64,000 bases of DNA from a virus. Its lineage: Duplodnaviria > Caudoviricetes. This document shows, piece by piece, positions 1 to 9,255 of this stretch. Below the pieces are notes generated by a model. The model did no database searches, had not been told where the DNA came from, and saw only the letters and a program-made list of their open reading frames with translations. The position numbers and the translations under genes are program-made. The number at the start of each line of letters is the position of its first letter. The first letter of the stretch is position 1. The stretch lies in the IMG/VR virus record IMGVR_UViG_3300013121_000028, positions 38,496 through 102,495 of that record; one strand, given 5' to 3'.

Positions 1-89
1 TACAATAGAAAAAAGAGCCATAAAAATGAGATTATATTGGGCTACTATAAGAGAAGAAAAGAGGATGATGGTTTTTTAAAAACAAATTA

Positions 90-428
90 ATGAATAAAAT
101 TAAAATAAAACATAAAAGAAAGAAATTTACAAAAGAGTTTAGGAAAAAAATATTTGAAAGAGATAATTACGAATGTCAATTATGCAGACCAAAAAAAAAT
201 TTACTTCATCTACCACATAAAAGAAGAATAGACCATAAAATACCTTTATCAAAAGGCGGTACTAATGATATTGAGAATTTATGGTTGGTTTGTGATGAAT
301 GTGATAAACGTAAAAAAAACAAAATTTATAAAAGATTAATACCTAAACCTAAAAAAACTGAATTAAAATTAGTAATAAAAAGGTCTTTGGTAAATAAAGA
401 TGGAAATAATAGTAGTAAAAATGTTTAG
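90..428 (+). CDS. HNH endonuclease
   Basis: RDNYECQLC...DHKIPLSKGGTNDIENLWLVCDEC: McrA-type HNH motif with CxxC pairs. Confidence 0.9.
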   Translation: MNKIKIKHKRKKFTKEFRKKIFERDNYECQLCRPKKNLLHLPHKRRIDHKIPLSKGGTNDIENLWLVCDECDKRKKNKIYKRLIPKPKKTELKLVIKRSLVNKDGNNSSKNV

Positions 429-651
429 TGAATTACCTAATATAGTTAAAACAAATGAGGGTAAGCTATATCAGTTAAGCTACATTGATACTATTGGCAG
501 ATTAAGAACTTTTAAAGAACTTAAACCAACTATTCATAATGGAAGTATGTATTATAGAATTGAAAGAGAAAGATATTCGGAGTTTAAGCTTAATACTATG
601 GCAAAAAAATGTTACAAAATAATTGATTTGAATAAAAAGGTTATAAAGTAG
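400..651 (+). CDS. hypothetical phage protein
   Basis: 83 aa ORF tightly packed in the + strand early block. Confidence 0.6.
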   Translation: MEIIVVKMFSELPNIVKTNEGKLYQLSYIDTIGRLRTFKELKPTIHNGSMYYRIERERYSEFKLNTMAKKCYKIIDLNKKVIK

Positions 652-887
652 TGCTTAATAAAAAAGAAGTAATAATAACTATAAAAAAGCCAACTAAGGT
701 TCAAAAGGCGTGGTCATTATATTTTATTTGGTTACATGAGGTTGGATTTGAAATGGCAGAAAACCACCATCCGAGTTGGGATGGATATACAAAAAAAGTA
801 TTTTCTGAAATAAGAGAATTAAAAAAAGAAATGACTGAAGAAGAAATAAAAGAATTTGATAATAAAACGAAACCATTTAAAATATGA
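651..887 (+). CDS. hypothetical phage protein
   Basis: GTG start overlaps the upstream TAG; stop overlaps the next ATG. Confidence 0.55.
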   Translation: MLNKKEVIITIKKPTKVQKAWSLYFIWLHEVGFEMAENHHPSWDGYTKKVFSEIRELKKEMTEEEIKEFDNKTKPFKI

Positions 888-1246
888 ATCATCTATTTTT
901 ACCATACGAATTAGCATTAAAACTAAAAGAAAAAGGTTTTAATAAAGAATGTTTAGGCGGTTATTCAGATACCAAAGAACTAAAAATAACAAGAGTAATT
1001 TGTCAATCTGAAATTAATGGTTTTTGCCTTGCTCCAACTTACGAACAAGCTATTGATTGGTTATACGAAAAAGGCATTAGTTTAGAAATATATACCTGTT
1101 CAGAAGATGGTGGTAAAAGTTTTAATCACCTTATTCGTAAGGTTGGTAAAAAACTATATGAATTAAGAGCATTGGATAATAAATGTATTTCAGATAGAAG
1201 TGAAGCATTTAATAAGGGAATTACTGAGGCATTAAAATTGATTTAA
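884..1246 (+). CDS. conserved Bacteroidota-phage hypothetical protein
   Basis: FLPYELALKLKEKGF...APTYEQAIDWL pattern recalled from a small Bacteroidota phage protein family. Confidence 0.6.
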   Translation: MNHLFLPYELALKLKEKGFNKECLGGYSDTKELKITRVICQSEINGFCLAPTYEQAIDWLYEKGISLEIYTCSEDGGKSFNHLIRKVGKKLYELRALDNKCISDRSEAFNKGITEALKLI

Positions 1247-1252
1247 TTATTA

Positions 1253-2137
1253 ATGGATAGCAAACAACTAATATTAAATAAATTAGGATTACAAGAAAGG
1301 AGTTCCTTTAATATTTTAAAAGACAAGAATTTGTGTGATAGAATATTAAAAGAAAATCCAATATGGATTGATGATTTTGTTGAAAAGTATGATGTTGCTA
1401 AATCTTTTCTTAGAAGGCTTATTAATGAAAAGGTTATTACTTCATTTTCAAACATAAAAGGTAAGGGTTCTAAGATATTTATATTTGAACAGGAAGCATT
1501 ACAACAATTTAATCTTAATATTAACTACGGAACTCATGAGTATTTTACAAACCTTAATACTTTTATTGAATTATATCTATTAAAATCAAAATCATACCTT
1601 ACAACAAGGGAGTACGAGGTAGTAGAAAATGTTTTAATAAATAAAATGACATTCGATGAATTATCAGAGAAGTATGATTTAACACATGAACGAATTAAAC
1701 AGATATTCAATAAAGCCGTAAGGAGAATGAAATATCATCATAACATTGAAAAAAATATTGATGAATTAACAAACGAATATAATGCTCTTAAACATGAATA
1801 CAACCTGATTAAAGTAAAAACGGATTTTCTTTATGATAAGTTGAGAAGAAAACAGGAAAGTTTAAAAAACAATACTATTAGTGAAAAAGAAGCAAGGAGA
1901 TTAAATATTTTAATGAGTATTGATAATAAGATACTTAATAAAAAGTTGGTTGATTGCGATTTATCAGTAAGAGCATTAAACTGTTTCAATGCTTTAGATG
2001 TAAACACAATACTTGATGTCGTTTCTTTAGATGAAATTGATTTAATGTCAGTTAGAAACTTCGGAAGGACAACATTGAATGAAGTAAATTACTTTTTAAA
2101 AGATTATGGTTTAAAAGTTGGAATGTTCAAACAATAA
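1253..2137 (+). CDS. sigma-70 region 4 HTH fused to RNA polymerase alpha C-terminal domain
   Basis: LTTREYEVV...MTFDELSEKYDLTHERIKQIFNKAVRRMK (sigma r4), then a coiled coil, then LSVRALNCF...LMSVRNFGRTTLNEV (alpha-CTD). Confidence 0.85.
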   Translation: MDSKQLILNKLGLQERSSFNILKDKNLCDRILKENPIWIDDFVEKYDVAKSFLRRLINEKVITSFSNIKGKGSKIFIFEQEALQQFNLNINYGTHEYFTNLNTFIELYLLKSKSYLTTREYEVVENVLINKMTFDELSEKYDLTHERIKQIFNKAVRRMKYHHNIEKNIDELTNEYNALKHEYNLIKVKTDFLYDKLRRKQESLKNNTISEKEARRLNILMSIDNKILNKKLVDCDLSVRALNCFNALDVNTILDVVSLDEIDLMSVRNFGRTTLNEVNYFLKDYGLKVGMFKQ

Positions 2138-2198
2138 TTAAAAACAACACAAAATAATCATATAATTTATAGTGATTTTTAATATAAAAAATAAAACG

Positions 2199-2206
2199 TA
2201 TATTTG
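2199..2206 (+). promoter_or_regulatory. Bacteroidota-type -7 promoter element (TAnnTTTG)
   Basis: TATATTTG in the 206-nt intergenic gap upstream of the GIY-YIG gene; no clear -33 TTTG seen. Confidence 0.55.
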
Positions 2207-2209
2207 TAA

Positions 2210-2327
2210 TGCGATAACAAAGTTTAATGAAAAAATCAGAAATAAAATAATTTAAGATAAACCTTCAATCAAGCAGGAACATTCCTTTCATTAGGCTTAT
2301 GTTATCGCAAACCTGCTTGTGCGAAGG
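2210..2327 (+). promoter_or_regulatory. structured 5' leader RNA (two interlocking helices)
   Basis: 2210-2232 is complementary to 2286-2309; 2262-2277 is complementary to 2312-2327. Confidence 0.5.
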
Positions 2328-2343
2328 CTATATTTAAAAATAA

Positions 2344-3078
2344 ATGGCTTATAAAAAGATATGTGGAATATACAAAATAACCTCTCCTAATGGAAGGGTG
2401 TATATAGGACAATCGCTAAACATATATAAAAGATGGGCTGATTATAGATGTTTAAATAATTGTAATGAGCAACATAAACTATTTAATTCATTTTTGAAAT
2501 ATGGAGTAAAGAATCATGTATTTGAAATTATTTGTGAATGTTCTTCTTTGAAAGAGTGTAATGAGAAAGAGATTTATTATGGAAAATTATTTAACGTTAC
2601 GGATAAGCATAATGGATTAAATATAAGAGAATGTGGAGGAAGTAGGGGTAAACATAGCCCTGAAACTAAAGAAAAATTAAGAATTATTAATACAGGTAAA
2701 AAATTACCAAAAAGACAAAGAATATTAATATCCATTAGTCAATTAGGTAGGAAAACTTGGAATAAAGGTCTAAAAGGCGTACAAGTTGCTTGGAATAAAG
2801 GATTACCTATGAAAGATGAAACTAAAGAAAAATTAAGAATTATTAATACGGGTAAAAAATTAACAGAAGAACAAAAAAATAAAATAAGTATATCATTAAA
2901 GGGTAGAATAAAGACAGAAGAACATCTAAGGAATATTAGTAAAGCTCTTAAAGGTAAGAAGTTTAGTGAAGAAATAAGAAAGAAACTGAGCGAATCTCAT
3001 AAAGGAATAAAGCAGACTATTGAGTCAAGAAAAAAAAGAAGTGAATCATTAAAAAAATTTTATAAAACAAAAAAATAA
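2344..3078 (+). CDS. GIY-YIG homing endonuclease with NUMOD3 repeats
   Basis: CGIYKITSPNGRVYIGQS; KHSPETKEKLR-type repeats. Confidence 0.92.
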   Translation: MAYKKICGIYKITSPNGRVYIGQSLNIYKRWADYRCLNNCNEQHKLFNSFLKYGVKNHVFEIICECSSLKECNEKEIYYGKLFNVTDKHNGLNIRECGGSRGKHSPETKEKLRIINTGKKLPKRQRILISISQLGRKTWNKGLKGVQVAWNKGLPMKDETKEKLRIINTGKKLTEEQKNKISISLKGRIKTEEHLRNISKALKGKKFSEEIRKKLSESHKGIKQTIESRKKRSESLKKFYKTKK

Positions 3079-3079
3079 A

Positions 3080-4675
3080 ATGACAGACTTTGCAAAAGAA
3101 TTAGGTAACGAAAAAAACGAAATAACTGAAAAGAGTATTTTAATAAATCCATCATCTGAAATATTTGATGCAGATATTCGTGTTTCAATAGACACTCAAG
3201 TTTCTACCTCAAAAAAATATCCTCGTAATTTGAAAAAAGTTCTTGAAAATATTTTATTCCTTGCAACACAGGATAAAGAAACGGCTGAGAACTGCTTTTA
3301 TTCTATAAAGCGTGATGGCAAAACTATTAGGGGTGCATCCATACGACTTGCTGAGATTATTACAGCCTGTTATGGTAATATACGGGCATCATCAAGGATT
3401 GTTGGAAATGATGGTAAAACTGTAACAGCACAGGGTATATGTTGGGATTTGGAAAATAATGTAGCTTTTAGCGTAGAGGTTAAACGTAGAATAACTGATA
3501 AGTATGGTAGACCTTTTTCTGACGACCTTGTAGTTATTTCCTCAAACGCTTGTAGCTCAATAGCTTTGCGTAATGCTATATTTAAAGTTGTTCCTATGGC
3601 TATTACTTCAAGGATACAGACTGAAATTAAGAAAATAGTTTTAGGAGAAACAAAAGATTTTGAAACTACACGGAAAAATGCAGTTGAGTATTTTGTTAAT
3701 CTTGGAGTTACTGAAAAGAACATATTGGATTTGTTCAATAAGAAAACGGTTTATGATTTGGATAGGGATGATATTTTTGATTTGAGGGGTATTGCTACTG
3801 CTATTAATGAGGGCGACACTACACTTGAGTCTGCATTTTTGATAGCACCTAAAGGGAATACGGCTATACATAAGGCATCAAAAATACTATCCGTACCTAA
3901 TGATGAAGGTGATGCTGAATACGAAAAAACGAATATCAAAAAAGAAGTTGATGGTAATGTATATAAAGATTTTGAAACTGTTATTGATAATAATTCAGAT
4001 AAAAAAATAACAGTACCTATTAAAAATACACCTGCTTTAAATTTAGATGAAGTTGAATTTGGAAACCCTAAATCTCAACCAAAAACTGATACAAATATTA
4101 TTCCTAAAAAGAATACTTCTGTTAAATCAAAAATTAAACATAATGAGGATTTCCTTAAAGATGATAAAGAAGTTTCATTCGGTGAAAACAATGAAAATGA
4201 AAAGGTAGGTTATACAGGTGGTAATGTAATTGTATTAGAAAATAAAGAAGAAAATAAAAATGAGCCTAATTCATTTAAAGTTGAGATTAATAGTGTAACT
4301 GATAAAAAAGGAAATGAATTAAGTTCTTCTATGTATGCAGGTATTAAAAAAGAAGATTTAGTTGAAACAAATAATCCACCTGCTATATTACAAAACAATA
4401 GTCAATCAAGCTCATTTGATATTGAAGATAATAAATTATTGGATGAAAAACTTGATGATAAATCATATAGTAATACTGATAATAAATCACCTATTGGAAT
4501 AAAGGAGATGCCGAGATTAACTGATATTAAAGATGATAATAAACAACAAACAGGCAGGACAATAAACTTTAAGAAAAAAGTTGTTAGAAAAACAAAGAAA
4601 GAAAAAGAGGATAATAAAGATAATAACAGCAATAATAATAACGATTTATTTGGTAATAATAATGGACAGGAATAA
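3080..4675 (+). CDS. putative single-strand annealing/recombination protein with long disordered C-tail
   Basis: IDTQVSTSKKYPR...CFYSIKRDGKTIRGASIRLAE...WDLENN...SIALRNAIFKVVP resembles a widespread phage family; C-terminal half is K/N/E/D low complexity; function inferred. Confidence 0.5.
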   Translation: MTDFAKELGNEKNEITEKSILINPSSEIFDADIRVSIDTQVSTSKKYPRNLKKVLENILFLATQDKETAENCFYSIKRDGKTIRGASIRLAEIITACYGNIRASSRIVGNDGKTVTAQGICWDLENNVAFSVEVKRRITDKYGRPFSDDLVVISSNACSSIALRNAIFKVVPMAITSRIQTEIKKIVLGETKDFETTRKNAVEYFVNLGVTEKNILDLFNKKTVYDLDRDDIFDLRGIATAINEGDTTLESAFLIAPKGNTAIHKASKILSVPNDEGDAEYEKTNIKKEVDGNVYKDFETVIDNNSDKKITVPIKNTPALNLDEVEFGNPKSQPKTDTNIIPKKNTSVKSKIKHNEDFLKDDKEVSFGENNENEKVGYTGGNVIVLENKEENKNEPNSFKVEINSVTDKKGNELSSSMYAGIKKEDLVETNNPPAILQNNSQSSSFDIEDNKLLDEKLDDKSYSNTDNKSPIGIKEMPRLTDIKDDNKQQTGRTINFKKKVVRKTKKEKEDNKDNNSNNNNDLFGNNNGQE

Positions 4676-4850
4676 TAATGATATACACCTTAGAATTGAG
4701 GTTGGAGAAAAAATAAAAACAAGAGATGGTAGTTATATTAAAATAATGGCGATAGAGGATGGTTATGTTATGGCTCGTAAAAAAGGGTGTATTCCTTTTT
4801 GTCAATCAATAAATGGATTCGTTGAAAGAATTAGACATGAATTAAAATAA
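4662..4850 (+). CDS. small hypothetical protein (SH3-like beta barrel possible)
   Basis: likely start is ATG 4662 (MDRNNND), not the ORF-track start at 4581. Confidence 0.55.
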   Translation: MDRNNNDIHLRIEVGEKIKTRDGSYIKIMAIEDGYVMARKKGCIPFCQSINGFVERIRHELK

Positions 4851-4883
4851 AAACAAATACAAACCAATAAAAAAACAAAAACT

Positions 4884-5795
4884 ATGGCAAAGATAGACCA
4901 TGAATTTCAAGAACTATGTAAGAAAATTCTCAACGAAGGTAAAGAGTATGAGGATAAAAGGAGAAGTGTAAAAAGGTTACAAATACCAAGCTACACATTC
5001 CGTCATGAATTTAAAGACGGATTCCCTGCTATTACAAATAAAAAACTATATTGGAAAGGTATAGTTGGTGAATTACTTTGGTTTTTAAGAGGTGATAATG
5101 ATGTTAAATTCTTAAACGAAAACGGTATTAAGATTTGGAACAAAGATGCCTATAATTGGCATAAAAAAACAGCAGATGTTGTTTTATCAGAAGAAGAATT
5201 TTACAAATTAGGATGCGGTAGTGTTGGACAGAATTATTCTGTTCAATGGCGTAATTTTAATGGTAAGACTGACCAAATTAAAAACCTTATTGATGATATG
5301 CGTAAGGATATTATGTCAAGTCGTTTGAAAGTAAATGCTTGGAATCCATCTGAAGTTGATATGACAGCTTTACCACCGTGCCATTCTGAGTTTCAGGTGA
5401 TAGGTGTGCCTTTAGAGGATGGTACTTTTGGTTTTGAACTTCAATGGGTACAGCGTAGCGTGGACACATTTTTGGGGCTTCCATTCAATATTGCATCATA
5501 CGCATTGTTAGCTAAAATAATCGGTTACATTACAGGATTTAAGCCATTGGCTATTGAAGGAAATCTTAAATGTGTTCATTTTTACGATAATCAATATGAA
5601 GCTGTAAAAGAATTATTAAAGCGTAATCCCGACACTCACCCGAATTGTGAGCTTGTAAATACTACTTGTATTGATATGTTAGAAAAAGATATTGATGTTA
5701 TTCTGAATGATTTTAAAATAAGTCATTTCAAATTAGATGGATATACATCTGATGAAGAAATTAAGGTAGATATGTTAGCACCTAAAGAATTATAA
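4884..5795 (+). CDS. thyA: thymidylate synthase
   Basis: ELLWFLRG, NAWNP, ALPPCH, QRSVDTFLGLPFNIASY, HFYDNQ motifs. Confidence 0.97.
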   Translation: MAKIDHEFQELCKKILNEGKEYEDKRRSVKRLQIPSYTFRHEFKDGFPAITNKKLYWKGIVGELLWFLRGDNDVKFLNENGIKIWNKDAYNWHKKTADVVLSEEEFYKLGCGSVGQNYSVQWRNFNGKTDQIKNLIDDMRKDIMSSRLKVNAWNPSEVDMTALPPCHSEFQVIGVPLEDGTFGFELQWVQRSVDTFLGLPFNIASYALLAKIIGYITGFKPLAIEGNLKCVHFYDNQYEAVKELLKRNPDTHPNCELVNTTCIDMLEKDIDVILNDFKISHFKLDGYTSDEEIKVDMLAPKEL

Positions 5796-5809
5796 TTTAA
5801 AAATAAAAT

Positions 5810-6049
5810 ATGGAAACAGAAAACAAAGAACAGGTAAATCATCCATCTCATTACGGTGGTGCTGATAATAATTATGAAGCTATAAAAGTGATAATGGCTT
5901 GGGAACTTGGCTTCAATCTTGGTAATACGGTAAAATACATATCAAGAGCAGGAAAGAAAGACCCTACTAAACATATTGAAGATTTAAAAAAAGCACTTTT
6001 TTATTTGGATTACGAAATAAAAGAGATTGAAAAAAAACAGTCTAAATAA
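5810..6049 (+). CDS. DUF3310 family protein (T7 gp1.7-like putative nucleotide kinase)
   Basis: VNHPSHY...FNLGNTVKYISRAGKK...EDLKKALFYL; lies next to thyA. Confidence 0.88.
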   Translation: METENKEQVNHPSHYGGADNNYEAIKVIMAWELGFNLGNTVKYISRAGKKDPTKHIEDLKKALFYLDYEIKEIEKKQSK

Positions 6050-6058
6050 TTAATGTTT

Positions 6059-6290
6059 TGTGTGGCGTGGCTGAGTACAAAGTAAAAAGGCAAAATATAA
6101 GAATATTTGGTGTACGACATTTATTCATTGTATTGGTTGCGTGGTGAAAGTGAGCGTTATTGAACCCTTCGACCTGCTATAAAAGGTAAATATATAAGCC
6201 ACCATAATCAGAGGTGGCGGGTAGTAAATAAAAGGTAATATCAAGTAAGGCTAAATACCAAATGCGGGTAAAGAATCCCGTTGCTACACA
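6059..6290 (+). ncRNA. tRNA-like structured RNA with a ~170-nt insert
   Basis: 9-bp closing stem 6059-6067/6282-6290, TGGCTGAG D-arm start, GCGGG-TAAAGAAT-CCCGT T-arm; GC-elevated gap with no annotated ORF. Confidence 0.55.
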
Positions 6291-6316
6291 TAACTAAACA
6301 TAAAATAATTTAAAAA

Positions 6317-6553
6317 ATGGTATATAATATAAATGAAATTGAATATGTTTTAATTAATGTTATTATTAATGATATTAACAGAAAAACATTAGAAAATATG
6401 CTTGATAATTATAGTTGTATTATTCAAGATTTTATCTTATTAAGAGGTAATTCAATATTTACACTTTTAGGGCTTTATTCTCCAAAAATTAAATTAGCAA
6501 TATTAGTACCATCAAAACATATTATTGATTTTAATAATGAATTATACAAATAA
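6317..6553 (+). CDS. hypothetical protein
   Basis: 78 aa ORF with A-rich leader. Confidence 0.5.
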   Translation: MVYNINEIEYVLINVIINDINRKTLENMLDNYSCIIQDFILLRGNSIFTLLGLYSPKIKLAILVPSKHIIDFNNELYK

Positions 6554-6558
6554 AGTAT

Positions 6559-7128
6559 ATGGAAACAAAAAAACAAAATAACTTATCACCGAGAGATAAA
6601 TGGAACTCAATGAGTTTAAAAGAGAGAATGTATTTTTTTAAAATAAGGGGTGTTGATAGCATATTCGCTAATAATAATATGGGTAAACAGTATGATGAAC
6701 TACCATCTGTAACCCAATATGCTTTAAAATCATACAAAATACCAAATAATAAAACTATGAATAAGAAAAAGCCAAAAGTAAAAAAGAAAGTAGATATTTC
6801 AATAAGTATTGGTAAGATTAATACTTTTTTGAACAGTATTAATGAAGCTGAATTTATCTATTTAGAAAAATGTATTGAGATGGCAAGTAGTATGAGAAAT
6901 ATTATCAAGGTATATAATTTGACTGATGAAAGATTTTGTAATGAGATGGCAATAGATAAAAAATCATTAAATAGCTATCTTTCAGGAAGCCGAAATTACG
7001 ATTTAAAAGATATTGCTAAACTTAATGCTTTAGCAGTTAAATTGTATATGGAGAACGCTGAAAAAAATGCAGAGGAAAGTGTACCTGTTAAAATACCAAT
7101 TAGGACTTCAAAATCAAAAACCAAATAG
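6559..7128 (+). CDS. putative XRE-type HTH DNA-binding protein
   Basis: IKVYNLTDERFCNEMAIDKKSLNSYLSGSRNYDLKDIAKL resembles a Cro/XRE HTH. Confidence 0.55.
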   Translation: METKKQNNLSPRDKWNSMSLKERMYFFKIRGVDSIFANNNMGKQYDELPSVTQYALKSYKIPNNKTMNKKKPKVKKKVDISISIGKINTFLNSINEAEFIYLEKCIEMASSMRNIIKVYNLTDERFCNEMAIDKKSLNSYLSGSRNYDLKDIAKLNALAVKLYMENAEKNAEESVPVKIPIRTSKSKTK

Positions 7129-7130
7129 TT

Positions 7131-7307
7131 ATGATAGATTTTTATTTTATATACAACTTTATAAGAGAAAATCTATTTACTTTAATAGTTGTTAGTATAT
7201 TATTACTTGGATTATATGTCTTTTGGGACAAAATAGAATACTTATGGGATGTTGAGCAAGGTAAAAGGGAATTTTTTAATGATTATCATCATAATAGACA
7301 AAAATAA
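7131..7307 (+). CDS. small single-TM protein (58 aa, not in ORF track)
   Basis: translated by hand: MIDFYFIYNFIRENLFTLIVVSILLLGLYVFWDK...; fills the gap between neighbouring genes. Confidence 0.6.
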   Translation: MIDFYFIYNFIRENLFTLIVVSILLLGLYVFWDKIEYLWDVEQGKREFFNDYHHNRQK

Positions 7308-7313
7308 ATTAAT

Positions 7314-7739
7314 ATGAATTTAGGATGTAAAACAGAATTTAGTAATGGTAGTCCAACTAATTTTGAAAATAAAATTTTAGATGGTATAAAAATACACACC
7401 ATAAGAGAAGATAAAAATAATCGTTGGCAAATAGGTACTAAAATACATTTTGCAACAGGTGTAAGAACAAAAAAATATAAGTGTTTTAAAATAGGAGAAT
7501 GTGTATCTACACAAATAATTGAATTTAAATGGCATAATCATAATAAAGGATTAGTTAGTGAAAGTTGGGGTGTTCAAGTTTTTATTGATGGTAATGATGT
7601 TACTACCGAAACAGAAATTATTGATGAACTTGTAAAAAATGATGGTTTTGATAACAGAAAAGATTTCTTTGAATGGGAAGGTTGGCATAAAAAGAATTTT
7701 AAAGGTAAAATAATACATTGGACAAATAAAAGATATTAA
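7314..7739 (+). CDS. ASCH/PUA-like domain protein
   Basis: KILDGIKIHTIR motif and DGF..F..W C-terminal pattern. Confidence 0.7.
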   Translation: MNLGCKTEFSNGSPTNFENKILDGIKIHTIREDKNNRWQIGTKIHFATGVRTKKYKCFKIGECVSTQIIEFKWHNHNKGLVSESWGVQVFIDGNDVTTETEIIDELVKNDGFDNRKDFFEWEGWHKKNFKGKIIHWTNKRY

Positions 7740-7756
7740 ATAATAAAATAATAAAT

Positions 7757-8587
7757 ATGCCTGAATTTTATTTTCAAATAAAAGGTAAAACAGGAAAAGA
7801 TGATTATTCTTTTTCTAATTGGTCATTTCCTCCTATTTGGCAGGATAAGGTTGAAGCAAAAAATTCAAAAGAAGCTAAATTGATTATTGAGGAAATGTAT
7901 GGTAGAAAATTTCCTTTGAGAGTATTAGCTAAAGACCTTGATTCAAATGAGTTTTTATTAAGTATAAAGGAAATTAAAGAAGATGATACTTGGACAAAAA
8001 AATTATTTGAAACAGTTGAATGTAAAACCTGTAAATCTCCTTTTAAATTAATTGAAAAATATCAATCGGGTGGAAGGAATGATGGTGGTCGTGATTTCTG
8101 TTGTTCAGAATGTGCAGATAAGGAACGTGAAAAAAACCGACTACCATTAACCGATTTCCTTGAGCAAAAAGCTATTCATGATTATGTTATTTATAAAATA
8201 ACAAATAAGGAAACGGGTATGTGCTATATAGGTCAAACTAAACAGGCATTTACTTTTAGATGGTATCAGCACTTTTATCAGCCTAAAGATGTAAAATTTC
8301 ATGATGCTATTATGAATTTTCCTATTACTGTTTGGACTTTTGAAGTAATTGAGAAAATAGATATACCTGAAGAAATTAAGTATGATAAAGCAAGTATAAG
8401 AAACTTAATATTTAACAAAGAAACTGAATACATTAAAAAATTTGATTCAATAAAAAATGGATATAATTCAGTTAAAAGTATTGATAATGGAATAGTTGAT
8501 GAAAATCAACAAGAGATTGATTTTGGTGATAAGTATTTCAAGGATTTAAATGTAGATGAAGCACCTATTAATAATGATTTGAGTTAA
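7757..8587 (+). CDS. zinc-finger plus C-terminal GIY-YIG nuclease
   Basis: CKTC...FCCSEC, then YVIYKITNKETGMCYIGQT...RWYQH...NGYNS. Confidence 0.8.
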   Translation: MPEFYFQIKGKTGKDDYSFSNWSFPPIWQDKVEAKNSKEAKLIIEEMYGRKFPLRVLAKDLDSNEFLLSIKEIKEDDTWTKKLFETVECKTCKSPFKLIEKYQSGGRNDGGRDFCCSECADKEREKNRLPLTDFLEQKAIHDYVIYKITNKETGMCYIGQTKQAFTFRWYQHFYQPKDVKFHDAIMNFPITVWTFEVIEKIDIPEEIKYDKASIRNLIFNKETEYIKKFDSIKNGYNSVKSIDNGIVDENQQEIDFGDKYFKDLNVDEAPINNDLS

Positions 8588-8589
8588 TT

Positions 8590-8880
8590 ATGATAAAGAT
8601 TAGAAATACTCAAATAATAACTTTCAGTTTGGTTGAAAGAAAAGCTGTTTTACAATGGAAGCCTACAAAAGAAATTGAAATTGACGAGAACACGGTTTTT
8701 GCCTGTAAATATATGGGGGGATGGGGTAGTTACATTTTAATCAGAAAAGAAAGTGATGGATATAGAAGTTACCCATTGAGCGTAAAAGTTGTAAAACAGA
8801 TATGTAAGTATTTTGAACCAAACGGAAAAGACTTTAACTACGATTATTTTAGGATGCCTTTTGATAAATTTTATTTTTGA
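8590..8880 (+). CDS. hypothetical protein
   Basis: 96 aa ORF, tightly packed. Confidence 0.55.
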   Translation: MIKIRNTQIITFSLVERKAVLQWKPTKEIEIDENTVFACKYMGGWGSYILIRKESDGYRSYPLSVKVVKQICKYFEPNGKDFNYDYFRMPFDKFYF

Positions 8881-8913
8881 GTGTTAAATTTTATTATAAT
8901 AAAATGAATAATA

Positions 8914-9255
8914 ATGAGGGAAAATAAGGTTGAAATAGTTGTTTGTTCTGCTATTTGGTATAAGGATTTACCTTTGGTTAAAAACAATATTCCAAAATCA
9001 TTTATTTATCCAATAAATGTTGATAGAGGTTTAGTTTTTTGCGGTTATCGCCATCCTCATTGTATGTATTCAATGATAGCTATAACAGGAAAAAGGAGTG
9101 TTACTATTGAAGTAGGTGAATATATTCAAGGATTTTTAACTAACTTTAATAGGTTTGTTGATAGGGAAGAAGGTGCTAGGATTGCATTGGCATCAGGACA
9201 AATAGATAAACTTAATTATTCATCAAAAGAATTATATTCTGAGGATTTATACTAA
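8914..9255 (+). CDS. conserved phage hypothetical protein
   Basis: CSAIW...GYRHPHC...QGFLTNFNRFVDREEG...LYSEDLY, a pattern recalled from many phage genomes. Confidence 0.7.
   Translation: MRENKVEIVVCSAIWYKDLPLVKNNIPKSFIYPINVDRGLVFCGYRHPHCMYSMIAITGKRSVTIEVGEYIQGFLTNFNRFVDREEGARIALASGQIDKLNYSSKELYSEDLY

Noticed and set aside
6059-6290. Canonical tRNA or tmRNA
   Set aside because: No TTCG T-loop, no 7-nt anticodon loop, no CCA or G3-U70 Ala identity, no evident tag frame; kept only as tRNA-like
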